Positions 39,966 to 49,803 are shown, counted from the stretch's first letter. The stretch is 64,000 nt of DNA from Cyanobacteria bacterium P01_A01_bin.123 (GCA_039815185.1 JBCBZT010000023.1:55672-119671), one strand, 5' to 3'. A program made the numbers and translations. Notes: generated from the sequence alone by a model not told the origin.

Positions 39966-40859
39966 ATGAACATCCAAGCAGCACCACAAACGTTTAACTT
40001 AGGCGGCGACTTGACCGTTAAGCGCCTTGGCTATGGCGCGATGCGCCTTACGGGGCAACCCGGTAATTTTGGCCCCTATGCGGATTGGGAAGGGGGCAAA
40101 GCCCTGCTGCGTCGTGTTGTTGAACTTGGCGTGAACTTTATCGATACGGCTGAGGCTTATGGGCCGGGTGCCAATGAAGACATCATTGCCGATGCCCTGC
40201 ATCCCTATCCAGAAAATTTGGTCATTGCCACCAAAGGCGGGATTTCCAAACCTGCCCCAGACAATATTCGAGTCGACGGCAGCCCTGAGAGCCTGCGGCG
40301 TGGGGTTGAGGGTAGTTTGCAGCGACTGAAGCGCGTTGGCGGAGCCTCTCCTGAGGAGAATCGCATCGATCTCTATCAGCTCCACCGCCCCGACCCCAAA
40401 GTGCCTTTTACGGAGTCCATCCAAGCGCTAGCAGAAATCCAGCGAGAAGGCAAAATTCGACATATTGGTGTGTCGAACGTCACGCTAGAGCAGCTCAAAG
40501 CCGCTCAGGCAATTACCCCTATCGCCTCTGTTCAAAATCGCTTTAGCCTGTTAGATCGCAGCCACGCTGATATTTTGGACTACACGACCGCGCAAAATAT
40601 TGCCTTTATTCCCTATGGATCTCTCGGGGCCCATCCATTAAAACGGGGTGCGCCTTTAGCCCAAGCCGAGGGCAACCTGGCCCAGATTGCTCAAACACAC
40701 GGCGCTAATCCCACTCAAATCGCCTTGGCTTGGCTATTACACCACGCGCCTAATATCCTTCTGATTCCGGGAACCACCACGATTGAACATTTGGAAGACA
40801 ATGTAAGAGCAGCTTCAATACAGTTGTCTGCATCTGAGTTAGCCCAGCTTGATGGGTAA
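39966..40859 (+). CDS. Aldo/keto reductase
   Basis: RLGYGAMRL, FIDTAEAYG, ATKGG, IDLYQLHR, LIPGT. Confidence 0.93.
   Translation: MNIQAAPQTFNLGGDLTVKRLGYGAMRLTGQPGNFGPYADWEGGKALLRRVVELGVNFIDTAEAYGPGANEDIIADALHPYPENLVIATKGGISKPAPDNIRVDGSPESLRRGVEGSLQRLKRVGGASPEENRIDLYQLHRPDPKVPFTESIQALAEIQREGKIRHIGVSNVTLEQLKAAQAITPIASVQNRFSLLDRSHADILDYTTAQNIAFIPYGSLGAHPLKRGAPLAQAEGNLAQIAQTHGANPTQIALAWLLHHAPNILLIPGTTTIEHLEDNVRAASIQLSASELAQLDG
40336..40359. mobile_element. 24-nt in-frame small dispersed repeat inserted into HIP1
   Basis: GCG|TTGGCGGAGCCTCTCCTGAGGAGA|ATCGC; removal restores GCGATCGC and KRDRIDLYQLH. Confidence 0.8.
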
Positions 40860-40910
40860 ACCCTACAACATCAGCCTGATCTGCTCCAATAACCGGATGC
40901 TATTATTCGA

Positions 40911-40922
40911 TTAGCCAGCTAA
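40911..40922. promoter_or_regulatory. Probable MarR operator TTAGCCAGCTAA
   Basis: Near-palindrome 8 bp before the marR start; recurs twice downstream. Confidence 0.7.
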
Positions 40923-40930
40923 GTTTATTT

Positions 40931-41374
40931 ATGGTCAAGCCTGATGCCACGATGTCAGACACCCTATGCTACCTGATAACAAGGGTTGCTAAGGCTCATC
41001 GTTGTCTGTTGGGATCAATGTTGGCTGACTATCAGCTCCATATTGGGCAAGAAAACCTGTTAATGCTTCTGTGGGAGTGTGATGGGCGATCGCAGTCTGA
41101 ATTATCAGATCTGATGGAGGTTGAACCCCCAACGGTTACGAAAATGCTGAATCGGCTTGAAAAGGGCGGACTTTTGGAACGGCAGCGGGATCCGATAGAT
41201 GCTCGCATCTGTCGGATCTATCTAACCGATGCGGGTTGGGCATTGGAGGAACCGGTTCAACAAATTTGGCAAGACCTTGAAGCTAGGCTCACGGCTCATT
41301 TCACCGTTGAAGAGCAAATCATATTACGACGGCTACTGATACAGGTTCGTCGCAATCTAGATGGGCCAACTTGA
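40931..41374 (+). CDS. MarR-family regulator
   Basis: SQSELS..MEVEPPTVTKMLNRLE..G, RDPIDAR, YLTDAG. Confidence 0.93.
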   Translation: MVKPDATMSDTLCYLITRVAKAHRCLLGSMLADYQLHIGQENLLMLLWECDGRSQSELSDLMEVEPPTVTKMLNRLEKGGLLERQRDPIDARICRIYLTDAGWALEEPVQQIWQDLEARLTAHFTVEEQIILRRLLIQVRRNLDGPT

Positions 41375-41418
41375 GTTATAGAGGCATTGATAACCGTCAG
41401 TAGAAGCTTGATATTTAT

Positions 41419-41452
41419 TTAGCCAGCTAATCTTGTTTATTTAGCCGGCTAA
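41419..41452. promoter_or_regulatory. Tandem probable MarR operators upstream of the Crp/Fnr gene
   Basis: TTAGCCAGCTAA (41419) and perfect palindrome TTAGCCGGCTAA (41441), 22 bp apart. Confidence 0.75.
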
Positions 41453-41492
41453 GCAAAGATAAAAATCCGTTAATCGCAAGAGGTATCGACCA

Positions 41493-42116
41493 TTGGAGCT
41501 TAAATTTGATCTGACAAACGTTAATAATTTGCCTCCTGAGCTACAACCAACGGCGGCTGTACGGCAGGCATTCGCCGGACAAATGCTTTTTCAGCAAGGG
41601 GATGCAGCAGACTCTTTTTTTGTTGTGAAGCGGGGTCGTGTCAAATTAGCGCGGTACATTGACGAAGATCGCGTGACGACGCTCCGGGTTGCCCGTGCAG
41701 GCGAGGGGTTTGGTGCGGTTGGGCTGATTTTAGATGCCTATCCTTATGCCGCGATCGCTGAAGTGCCTTCACAGGTGATCCGCTATCCAAAAGCTGCTTT
41801 GGTCACAGCCTTGCCAGCCTATCCGGACTTGGCTGAGACCCTGTTGACAATGCTGATCCAAGCCATCCGTTCTTTTGAAATTCGGTTAGAACTACGAGAT
41901 ATCCGTGCTTCCCATCAGCGCGTATTGAGGTATCTGCGTTATCAAATCCAGGGTGATGATGAAGGTGTCATCACCTTAGATCGCCCGCTCAAAGACATTG
42001 CGGCAGATTTGGGCTTTACCCCTGAAACGCTCTCACGAGCGTTAACTCGACTAGAGCAGGAGGGCTTGATTTCACGGCAAGATCGACAAATAACTTTGCA
42101 TCCGGCGGCAGCTTGA
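41493..42116 (+). CDS. Crp/Fnr-family regulator
   Basis: LFQQGD...GRVKL cNMP-fold domain; IAADLGFTPETLSRAL HTH. Confidence 0.9.
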   Translation: MELKFDLTNVNNLPPELQPTAAVRQAFAGQMLFQQGDAADSFFVVKRGRVKLARYIDEDRVTTLRVARAGEGFGAVGLILDAYPYAAIAEVPSQVIRYPKAALVTALPAYPDLAETLLTMLIQAIRSFEIRLELRDIRASHQRVLRYLRYQIQGDDEGVITLDRPLKDIAADLGFTPETLSRALTRLEQEGLISRQDRQITLHPAAA

Positions 42117-42154
42117 TTTCAGTCAAGGATCGGCAAAGCTAATTCGTTTACAAT
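42113..42154 (+). promoter_or_regulatory. FNR-type box with class II promoter geometry
   Basis: TTGAT-TTCA-GTCAA (42113-42126) and TACAAT (42149-42154); box centre about -41.5 from a start near 42161. Confidence 0.65.
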
Positions 42155-42388
42155 CCGCTTCGACGCAGGTTGGTTACCAAAGTTTTGCCCTTGCTAGCTT
42201 TGGCGCAAATCTGGTTTTTGTCATGGGTTTTTGTTAATGAATATGCTGCACAACGGCAACCTGCCGCCAAATGACAGGTTTAGTGCTTGTCAGACCCGTG
42301 CAATGGTTAAACCCTTGACACTCAAAACAATGCGTACTCGCGACAGACAGCAGTCACGCAAGATATAAGCGAGGTATGACTCATAATC

Positions 42389-43294
42389 ATGCAACATCAG
42401 CGCTCTGATGATGTCGCTGTACATCCGTTGGATCTCATGGGATCGATCAAGGATGAGTGGCGTGTGTCTAAGCAATCTATCCATTCAGGTGATTTGATTG
42501 TGTCGCAAGTGGTGTTACCACCTGATGAAATCGCGCACCCGCCGTTGACTCATCACTGCCTAGTGCTTCAAACGAATCATAATGTTGACTCAATCATTCG
42601 CATTGATGACCAAGACTATAACGGTGTACGGTCTATTGGTAACTTCTGCTTAAAGCCAGCTCCCTGTCGGGTTTTTTACGCTTGGGAAACGACTGTTGAA
42701 GCGATCTTGCTCCTCCTAACGCCTGCCTTCTTGCGGCGCACAGCAGCTCAGACCGAATGCCTCAATCCTGACGCTCTGGAGCTGCGTCCGGTGCTGGTTG
42801 GCCAAGACCCTCAGCTTGAACAGCTCGCCCAGGCGTTCTACCGTGAGATGAAAACTGAAGGGTTAGGGGGACGTCTTTATCGTGAATCGCTTACCCATTG
42901 TTTTGCGATCCATCTGCTGCGCCATTACTGCACCACGCCTGCCAAATTGCGGACCGACGAAAGGGGACTTTCTCAAAAACGCCTGCGTCTTGCCCTAGAG
43001 GTGATTCACGCCTCCCTTGATCAATCTTTACGACTCGAAACAGTCGCTGCTGAATTAGGCATAAACGTGTACTACTTCAACCGACTGTTTCGACAGTCGA
43101 TGGGGATTTCCCCCTATCAGTATGTACTGCGGCAACGGCTCGAAAAAGCCAAGCGATTGCTTCAGAACAGTGAATTGAGCATTGCCGAAATTACTTTAGA
43201 GTGTGGTTTTGCCAATCCCAGCCACCTAGCACGTCATTTCCGCAAATCTGTGGGGATGTCGCCGAAGCTATATCGACAGCGAGGTTATCTATGA
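42389..43294 (+). CDS. AraC-family regulator
   Basis: HLLRHY, FNRLFRQSMGISPYQYV, CGFANPSHLARHFRK. Confidence 0.93.
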   Translation: MQHQRSDDVAVHPLDLMGSIKDEWRVSKQSIHSGDLIVSQVVLPPDEIAHPPLTHHCLVLQTNHNVDSIIRIDDQDYNGVRSIGNFCLKPAPCRVFYAWETTVEAILLLLTPAFLRRTAAQTECLNPDALELRPVLVGQDPQLEQLAQAFYREMKTEGLGGRLYRESLTHCFAIHLLRHYCTTPAKLRTDERGLSQKRLRLALEVIHASLDQSLRLETVAAELGINVYYFNRLFRQSMGISPYQYVLRQRLEKAKRLLQNSELSIAEITLECGFANPSHLARHFRKSVGMSPKLYRQRGYL

Positions 43295-43458
43295 CATCAA
43301 TCCAGACTGCGGTTGAGACTGTACAAGCCTATGACACGGCCTTGACCCATGGCGATCTCGATGGCGTGTTAGCTGTGGTGGCAACAGATGCCGTGCTTGA
43401 AGAACCGGATTCTCTACCCTACGCTGGCACCTATCGTGGGCATGAAGACTGGCGATAA
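43291..43458 (+). pseudogene. Truncated SnoaL/NTF2-like protein
   Basis: GDLDGVLA..A.D......LPYAGTYRGHE, then stop after 55 aa; ATGA-coupled to AraC. Confidence 0.75.
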
Positions 43459-43685
43459 TAAAGTCAGGAATGTGTTGCTAAATAGCAATAATCGGCGCGA
43501 CTTCAGTTTGGGTTTCTGAGTACTCTAGGCCCAGGGAAGAAATAGCACGCGTTTAACCCGTGCCGTTTAAGGTGTTGTTTTGATCTTGAAAAAGATACAC
43601 CACGGGTAGCAATAAATTGCCGAAAGGAGTTCTAACAGTTCAACAGATTTCTCGTCTCAGGTTGAGCTCAAAAATACTTTTTTAT

Positions 43686-45017
43686 ATGGAAAGTTTTCCT
43701 ATGGAAAGCCATGCTTCAAATACCGTTGCTTCAAGCTCTGGACCTTCAAATGCTAGGGGACAACAACAATCGCCGTTGGTTGACATTCGCAAGCCTTGGC
43801 TTTGGTTGCTGTCGGCTGTGCTTTTAGCAGGAGGCGTTGTGACTTGGGTACTGCGGCAGGGAAACGAGACTGAAGCCTTAGCGGCGACCCAGCCGATTGC
43901 CGTAGAGGTGCAGCAGCTGCAAACCAGTCAAGTTCGGAGCCGCTCTGAGTTTGTGGGGGCGCTAGAAGCTCAAGACCGAGTCATGCTGCGGCCAGAGGTA
44001 GAAGGGCGGATTACGCAGATTTTGGTGCAAAATGGCGATCGTGTTTCCGCAGGCACCCCCCTATTTCAGCTCAGCCCAGACCGGCCTCAAGCGGTGGTTA
44101 GTGGCGCGATCGCAGATATCGAAGTGGCCCGAGCCTCCCGCAATACAGCTCAGGCAGAACTGCTAGAAGCAGAGGCCGAACGCGATAGTGCGATCGCCGA
44201 GCAAAGCCTACAAAACACAGAATACGAACGCACTCAAGCGCTAGTTGCAGCAGGGGCACTCTCTCAACAATCGCTGGATCAGGTGACGCGTAATCGAGAC
44301 GCCGCGATCGCAGACCTGACCGCTGCTGAACGGCGCATTCAGGCGGCTCAAGCTAACCTCGAAGAATCGGCGGCCTCCCTGCGGCGAGCAGAATCTAATG
44401 CAGACGTTGCGGCTGAAGACCTGTCCGACTATCAAGTGGTTGCACCCATTGATGGCATTGTGGGTGATCTGCCTGTCAAAGTGGGCGATTATGTCAGCGC
44501 TGGAGACCTGCTCACCACCCTGACGCGCAACCAGACGATGGATTTGCGACTGGCGATTCCAGTAGAGCGCAGTCCTGATTTACGTCTGGGCCTCCCTGTA
44601 GAGCTACGCACTGAAGCCAATACTGAACCGCTGGTCAACGGTAGCATCAGCTTCGTGGCAGAACGGGTTGAAAATGGTGCCCAATCCGTGTTGGCCAAAG
44701 CCACGTTCCCCAACCCTGGTGGTGCGCTCCGTGATGAACAGTTTGTGCGGGCCACCGTGATTTGGACGGAGGAGCCAGGTGTTTTGGTGCCCACAACCGC
44801 TATTTCGCGCATTGGCGGACAAAGCTTTGTGTTTGTGATGGAGGCTTCTGAGGCGGCTGACGTTGAGTATGTGGTTGCTCAGCGGCCCATTCAGCTAGGC
44901 GTGATTGACGAGAACCGCTATCAAGTCATTAGTGGGTTAAACGTCGGAGAAACCATCGTCACCTCAGGCGTATTGAGATTGTCTGATGGTGCACCTGTTG
45001 TGCCTGAGACGCCGTAA
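43686..45017 (+). CDS. RND efflux periplasmic adaptor (membrane fusion protein)
   Basis: One TM, LRPEVEGRI, long alpha-hairpin, VVAPIDGIVG, GLNVGE; start 43686 or 43701. Confidence 0.93.
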   Translation: MESFPMESHASNTVASSSGPSNARGQQQSPLVDIRKPWLWLLSAVLLAGGVVTWVLRQGNETEALAATQPIAVEVQQLQTSQVRSRSEFVGALEAQDRVMLRPEVEGRITQILVQNGDRVSAGTPLFQLSPDRPQAVVSGAIADIEVARASRNTAQAELLEAEAERDSAIAEQSLQNTEYERTQALVAAGALSQQSLDQVTRNRDAAIADLTAAERRIQAAQANLEESAASLRRAESNADVAAEDLSDYQVVAPIDGIVGDLPVKVGDYVSAGDLLTTLTRNQTMDLRLAIPVERSPDLRLGLPVELRTEANTEPLVNGSISFVAERVENGAQSVLAKATFPNPGGALRDEQFVRATVIWTEEPGVLVPTTAISRIGGQSFVFVMEASEAADVEYVVAQRPIQLGVIDENRYQVISGLNVGETIVTSGVLRLSDGAPVVPETP

Positions 45018-45022
45018 GGAAG

Positions 45023-45793
45023 ATGGAAGCACTCCCGCCTCCCGTCTATCTCCTCCCTTTCTGTAGCCCCCCTGCTTGGAGCCCATTCATGACTTCAGTT
45101 AACCCGCAATCCGAGTCTGCCTCTGGTCAATCTGCTTCTCAATCTGCCTCTGAGGATAGTCAAGCCTTATCTCAACAGCTCTCAGCGATTCAACAAATGC
45201 TGGGCCAGATCACGGGTGAAATGACGACGCTGCGTCAGGACGTGAGTCGTCTATCCGATTTGCCCCAGCAAGTTAGCCAATTAGAACGTCGCCTGATGGT
45301 GGTGGGTGATCTTTATCGCTATGAAACCCTGCATCAGCAACTGGCGACTCAACAGTGGTTTGCCGCTGATAAAGAGACCGTCAGCTTGATTGCAGCGATC
45401 GCGAACGTCTCTGACCTAGAAGACTTGAGCCCCCGAGATATTCGTGGCTTTTCTTGCGGCGAGCTTCAGGTGATTGATCGACTCTGGACGACCTACAGCG
45501 ACGGACGATTTGGCTTTAGCGTGCAACTTCAGGTCTATCAGGCCCTAGGCGGTGATCTAGAAACCACTATTGGTGAAGATCAACGGTTGGTTGAACGCTG
45601 GGGTGCTGCGTTGGGCTGGCGTAGTGGCGTCAGTGAAAAAAATCCAGAGGGCGATCGCTGGCGTAAATGCGACGAACTCGACTTTTCCTTAAATGCCCCC
45701 AAAGGCTGCCATCCCTCCCGCTGGTGGAACTCTCCCTACGGGTCTCGCATGACCAACTATTTTCTCAACCGCCTCATCACCTGTGCCTTTTGA
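45023..45793 (+). CDS. Coiled-coil + GUN4-domain protein
   Basis: Heptad region then YETL..QL..QQWFAADKET, IDRLWTTYSDGRFGFSVQ, GWR, APKGCHP; alternative start 45089. Confidence 0.85.
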   Translation: MEALPPPVYLLPFCSPPAWSPFMTSVNPQSESASGQSASQSASEDSQALSQQLSAIQQMLGQITGEMTTLRQDVSRLSDLPQQVSQLERRLMVVGDLYRYETLHQQLATQQWFAADKETVSLIAAIANVSDLEDLSPRDIRGFSCGELQVIDRLWTTYSDGRFGFSVQLQVYQALGGDLETTIGEDQRLVERWGAALGWRSGVSEKNPEGDRWRKCDELDFSLNAPKGCHPSRWWNSPYGSRMTNYFLNRLITCAF

Positions 45794-45802
45794 GGAACCT
45801 TC

Positions 45803-48800
45803 ATGTTCGTCCAAACCTTCATTCGTCGCCCCGTCCTCACGATTGTTCTCTCTATCATCATCATCATGGTGGGCGCGATCAGTATTCCGACCCTGCCTGT
45901 GGAGCAGTATCCCGACATCAGCCCGGTGCAGGTCGTCGTGACGGCTAACTACATTGGTGCCAGTGCTGAGGTCGTCGAAGAAACCGTCACCACGGTGTTA
46001 GAGCGGGAAATTAATGGCGTCAATGGGATGCGCTACATCAACTCCACCAGTAGTGATGACGGCACCAGTGCCATTACCGTTACGTTTAGGCAGGGCTACA
46101 ACCTGGATATTGCGGCGGTGGATGTGCTTAACCGAGCTTCCATTGCGACGCCTCAGCTCCCCGAAGAGGTGCAGCGTACGGGTGTGATCGTGCGCAAGCA
46201 GTCCAGCAGTGTGGTGGTGGGCATGGCCCTTTACAGCGAAGAAGAGGGGCTATACGACGAAAACTTTATTAGCAATTACGCTGACCTCTATGTGCTCGAT
46301 GCGCTCAAGCGAATCGAGGGTGTGGCTGAATTGCAGCCCTTTGGTGAACGACGCTACGCCATGCGACTGTGGCTCGACCCTGCAAAGATGGCCGCCCGCA
46401 GCATTACTGCCGAAGATTTAGTCGGTGTCATTGAAGAGCAAAACCTCCAGGTGGGGGCCGGCAGCATTGGTCAACCGCCAGCCGCAGATGGGCAAACTTA
46501 CCAGTTGACCCTCCGAGCTAAAGGCCGTTTAGAAGACGTGTCTGAATTTGAAGACTTGGTGCTGAAAACCGAAGATGACGGCACGTTAGTCTACCTACGA
46601 GATGTGGGGCGCGCTGAACTGGGGGCAGAAAACTATGGCACCTTTGCCCGCTATCGACAGCAGGGGGCAATTGGCTATCGGATTGTGCAAACACCGGGTA
46701 CCAATGCGCTAGAAGCCGCAAATGCGGTGAAGGCCACGATGGCAGAGTTGTCTCAAGACTTTCCGCCTGGCCTGACCTATGCGGTTCCCTATGATCCCTC
46801 ACTGTTTGTGGTGGAGTCGAGCAAAGAAGTGATCACGACGTTGCTCCAGGCGATCGCGCTTGTGGTTCTCGTCCTCTTTCTCTTTTTGCAAAACTGGCGA
46901 GCCACGATTGTGCCAGCCGTGGTGATTCCAGTGGCGCTGATTGGCACCTTTGCCTTCATCAAGGTGTTCAATTTTTCCATCAACAGTCTCACCCTTTTCG
47001 GTCTGATTTTGGCTACTGGCATGGTGGTGGATGATGCCATCGTGGTGGTAGAAGATATCGTTGGCAAAATTCAAGAAAAAGGCATGCGTCCCCACCTGGC
47101 GGCGATTGAAGCCATGCGCGAGTTGACAGGAGCGGTGATTGCCACATCCCTAGTGCTGCTGGCGGTGTTTATTCCGGTGGCCTTTTTCCCCGGTACGACC
47201 GGACAGCTTTATCAGCAGTTTGCCCTGACGATTGCCTTTGCGATTGTCATTTCTACGTTTAATGCCCTCAGCCTGACGCCAGCGCTTTCGGCGCTGTTGA
47301 TTCGGTCAGGGCAGCAGCCGGGGGGTTGGTTAGGGCGCTTTTTTGCCTGGGTTAATCGGGGGATTGAGGCCCTGCGACGGGGGTATCATTACACCCTCGG
47401 TCGGGTGACGCGGCTGAAAACGACGGTATTGATCTTGTTCGTAGCGGCCTTGGGGGTAACGGCATGGCTCTATCTGTCGGTGCCAACGGCCTTTTTACCG
47501 GATGAAGACCAAGGTTATTTGATTAGCTTGGTGCAGGGCCCAGAAGGGTCATCGGTCAACTATACCGGGGACGTGATTGACCAGGTCGATCAGATATTTC
47601 TCGATATTCCCGAAGTAGAAGGCACCTTCTCCTTGGGGGGGTTTGGGTTTAGCGGCAATATCCCGAATAATGGCGTCATTTTTTCGCCGCTGATTCCTTG
47701 GGGCGATCGCCCCAGAGCTGACGAATCGGCTCAATCTGTTTTAGATCAGGTTTGGCCCCAGATCGGTCAAATTAAAGACGCTAATGTGATTGCTTTCAAT
47801 CCCCCGACGATTCAGGGTTTGGGCAGCATCAGTGGCTTTGTCTTTCAACTGCAAGACCGGGGCAATAATGACATTCCAACCTTCTTGCAAGCTAAAGATG
47901 AGTTGGTTGCCAGCGCCAATGCTGCCCCTGAGCTGCAAAATGTCTTCACCACCTACACCGCCAATGCCCCTCAACTCGAAATTGATATTGATCGCAGCCT
48001 GGCGAAAGCCATGCGGGTGGAGGTGGATGAAATTCTGAACACCTTGCAAAGCTTTTTAGGATCACGTTACGTCAACGATTTCAATGCGTTTGGCCGCACT
48101 TATCGAGTCTATATCCAAGCGGATCAAGCGTTTCGCTCTAACCCGGCTGATATTGGCAAGCTGTATGTGCGCTCGGCAACGGGGCAGATGATTCCCTTAG
48201 AGACGCTCGTGACTGTATCGTCGACCACAGGCCCCCAAACCCTCAACCACTACAACCTGTTTCGCTCGATTGAGATTAATGGTGGGGCAGCCCCGGGCTA
48301 TAGCACAGGGCAGGCGATCGCAGCGATGGAGCGAATTGCCAATGAGACCCTACCCAACACAATGAGCTTTGAATGGTCAGGCATTTCCCTAGAAGAACTA
48401 GAGTCTGGCGGGCAAGCACCCATCATTTTTGGTTTGGGGATTATCTTTGTGTTTCTCGTGCTCTCGGCCCAGTACGAAAACTTTATTGACCCCGTGATCA
48501 TTCTGCTGGCTGTTCCCCTAGCCATCTTAGGCGCGTTATTGGCCGTTTCCTTGCGAGGGTTGCCGAATGATATCTATTGCCAAGTGGGTCTGGTGATGTT
48601 GATTGGGTTGGCGAGTAAAAACGCGATTTTGATTGTGGAGTTTGCTAACCAACTGCGTGATGAAGGGCTTTCGATTACTCAAGCGGCGGTAGAGGCCTCC
48701 CAGCAACGCCTCCGACCGATCATCATGACGGCGATTTCTACCCTGCTGGGCATTTTCCCACTGGTGATTGCGACCGGGGCAGGTTCTGCCAGCCGTCGAT

Positions 48801-48991
48801 CCCTCGGGACTGCGGTGTTTGGCGGCATGATTGTCTCCACCGTGTTGAGTCTGATTGTGGTGCCCGTGTTTTACATCTTGATTGTTAATTTCTTCTGCCG
48901 CTTTAAAGACGGCTGTCGAGACATGTCCCCCATGCCTGAAGTCAGTCCAGAGCGTGAGCTGGTGCAATTGCAAGGCAATAGTAAGCGTTAG
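45803..48991 (+). CDS. RND efflux permease (HAE1/AcrB family)
   Basis: FIRRPV, LPVEQYP, GMVVDDAIVVVE, GLASKNAILIVEFA, RLRPIIMT. Confidence 0.96.
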   Translation: MFVQTFIRRPVLTIVLSIIIIMVGAISIPTLPVEQYPDISPVQVVVTANYIGASAEVVEETVTTVLEREINGVNGMRYINSTSSDDGTSAITVTFRQGYNLDIAAVDVLNRASIATPQLPEEVQRTGVIVRKQSSSVVVGMALYSEEEGLYDENFISNYADLYVLDALKRIEGVAELQPFGERRYAMRLWLDPAKMAARSITAEDLVGVIEEQNLQVGAGSIGQPPAADGQTYQLTLRAKGRLEDVSEFEDLVLKTEDDGTLVYLRDVGRAELGAENYGTFARYRQQGAIGYRIVQTPGTNALEAANAVKATMAELSQDFPPGLTYAVPYDPSLFVVESSKEVITTLLQAIALVVLVLFLFLQNWRATIVPAVVIPVALIGTFAFIKVFNFSINSLTLFGLILATGMVVDDAIVVVEDIVGKIQEKGMRPHLAAIEAMRELTGAVIATSLVLLAVFIPVAFFPGTTGQLYQQFALTIAFAIVISTFNALSLTPALSALLIRSGQQPGGWLGRFFAWVNRGIEALRRGYHYTLGRVTRLKTTVLILFVAALGVTAWLYLSVPTAFLPDEDQGYLISLVQGPEGSSVNYTGDVIDQVDQIFLDIPEVEGTFSLGGFGFSGNIPNNGVIFSPLIPWGDRPRADESAQSVLDQVWPQIGQIKDANVIAFNPPTIQGLGSISGFVFQLQDRGNNDIPTFLQAKDELVASANAAPELQNVFTTYTANAPQLEIDIDRSLAKAMRVEVDEILNTLQSFLGSRYVNDFNAFGRTYRVYIQADQAFRSNPADIGKLYVRSATGQMIPLETLVTVSSTTGPQTLNHYNLFRSIEINGGAAPGYSTGQAIAAMERIANETLPNTMSFEWSGISLEELESGGQAPIIFGLGIIFVFLVLSAQYENFIDPVIILLAVPLAILGALLAVSLRGLPNDIYCQVGLVMLIGLASKNAILIVEFANQLRDEGLSITQAAVEASQQRLRPIIMTAISTLLGIFPLVIATGAGSASRRSLGTAVFGGMIVSTVLSLIVVPVFYILIVNFFCRFKDGCRDMSPMPEVSPERELVQLQGNSKR

Positions 48992-49061
48992 TGGGGTCTG
49001 ATGGGTAGCTAGTTTGACTTTAGAAAATCAGTAGCAAACCTCTACAAGACGATAAGGAAAC

Positions 49062-49772
49062 ATGGAACTTAAAGATAAAAAAGTGGTGGTGATCGGCGGC
49101 AGTTCGGGTATCGGTCTGGCAATCGCTAAAGCAACTGCTGCGGCGGGGGCTAAGGTTGTCATCTCTGGCCGCTCAGCCCACAAGCTTGAGGAGGCGCTAG
49201 CTGAGATCGAAGTCAATGTGCTGGCCTATCCCGTAGATGTGACTGATATGGCATCGCTGCAAGACTTTTTCCAAAGGGAAGGCCAAGTGGATCATTTGAT
49301 CATGACGGGTGGCACGGTGAAAACTGGCGGGTTCAAAGCGATGCCCGTAGCAGACGCGATCGCCTCGATGAACAGCAAATTCTTTGGCGCTTACCGCGCT
49401 ATACAAGCGGCTATGGTTAGCCCTGCTGGCTCGATCACGCTATTTTCGGGTGTTCTCAGCCGTCGCCCTACACCCGGTACAGTAGCGATCGCGGCTGTCA
49501 ATGCTGCGGTAGAGGGGTTAGGTCGCGCCTTGGCTGTAGAGCTTGCGCCTGTACGAGTCAACGTGATTTCGCCGGGACTGGTCAAAACACCGATCTACAG
49601 CGGCATGCCTGATGAACAAAGAGAGAATCTGTACCAGTCTACGGCAGCGTCTCTTCCTGTCGGTTACGTCGGTGAACCGGAAGACATTGCCGCTGTTACT
49701 CTAACGCTGATGACTAACCCTTACATTACAGGAACCGTCATTGATGTTGATGGCGGCAATTTGTTGATTTAG
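49062..49772 (+). CDS. Atypical SDR oxidoreductase
   Basis: GGSSGIG, LAVELAPVRVNVISPG; no YxxxK. Confidence 0.88.
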   Translation: MELKDKKVVVIGGSSGIGLAIAKATAAAGAKVVISGRSAHKLEEALAEIEVNVLAYPVDVTDMASLQDFFQREGQVDHLIMTGGTVKTGGFKAMPVADAIASMNSKFFGAYRAIQAAMVSPAGSITLFSGVLSRRPTPGTVAIAAVNAAVEGLGRALAVELAPVRVNVISPGLVKTPIYSGMPDEQRENLYQSTAASLPVGYVGEPEDIAAVTLTLMTNPYITGTVIDVDGGNLLI

Positions 49773-49803
49773 CCAAGGCGAATCTCAATTTTGCAAGATA
49801 CCC

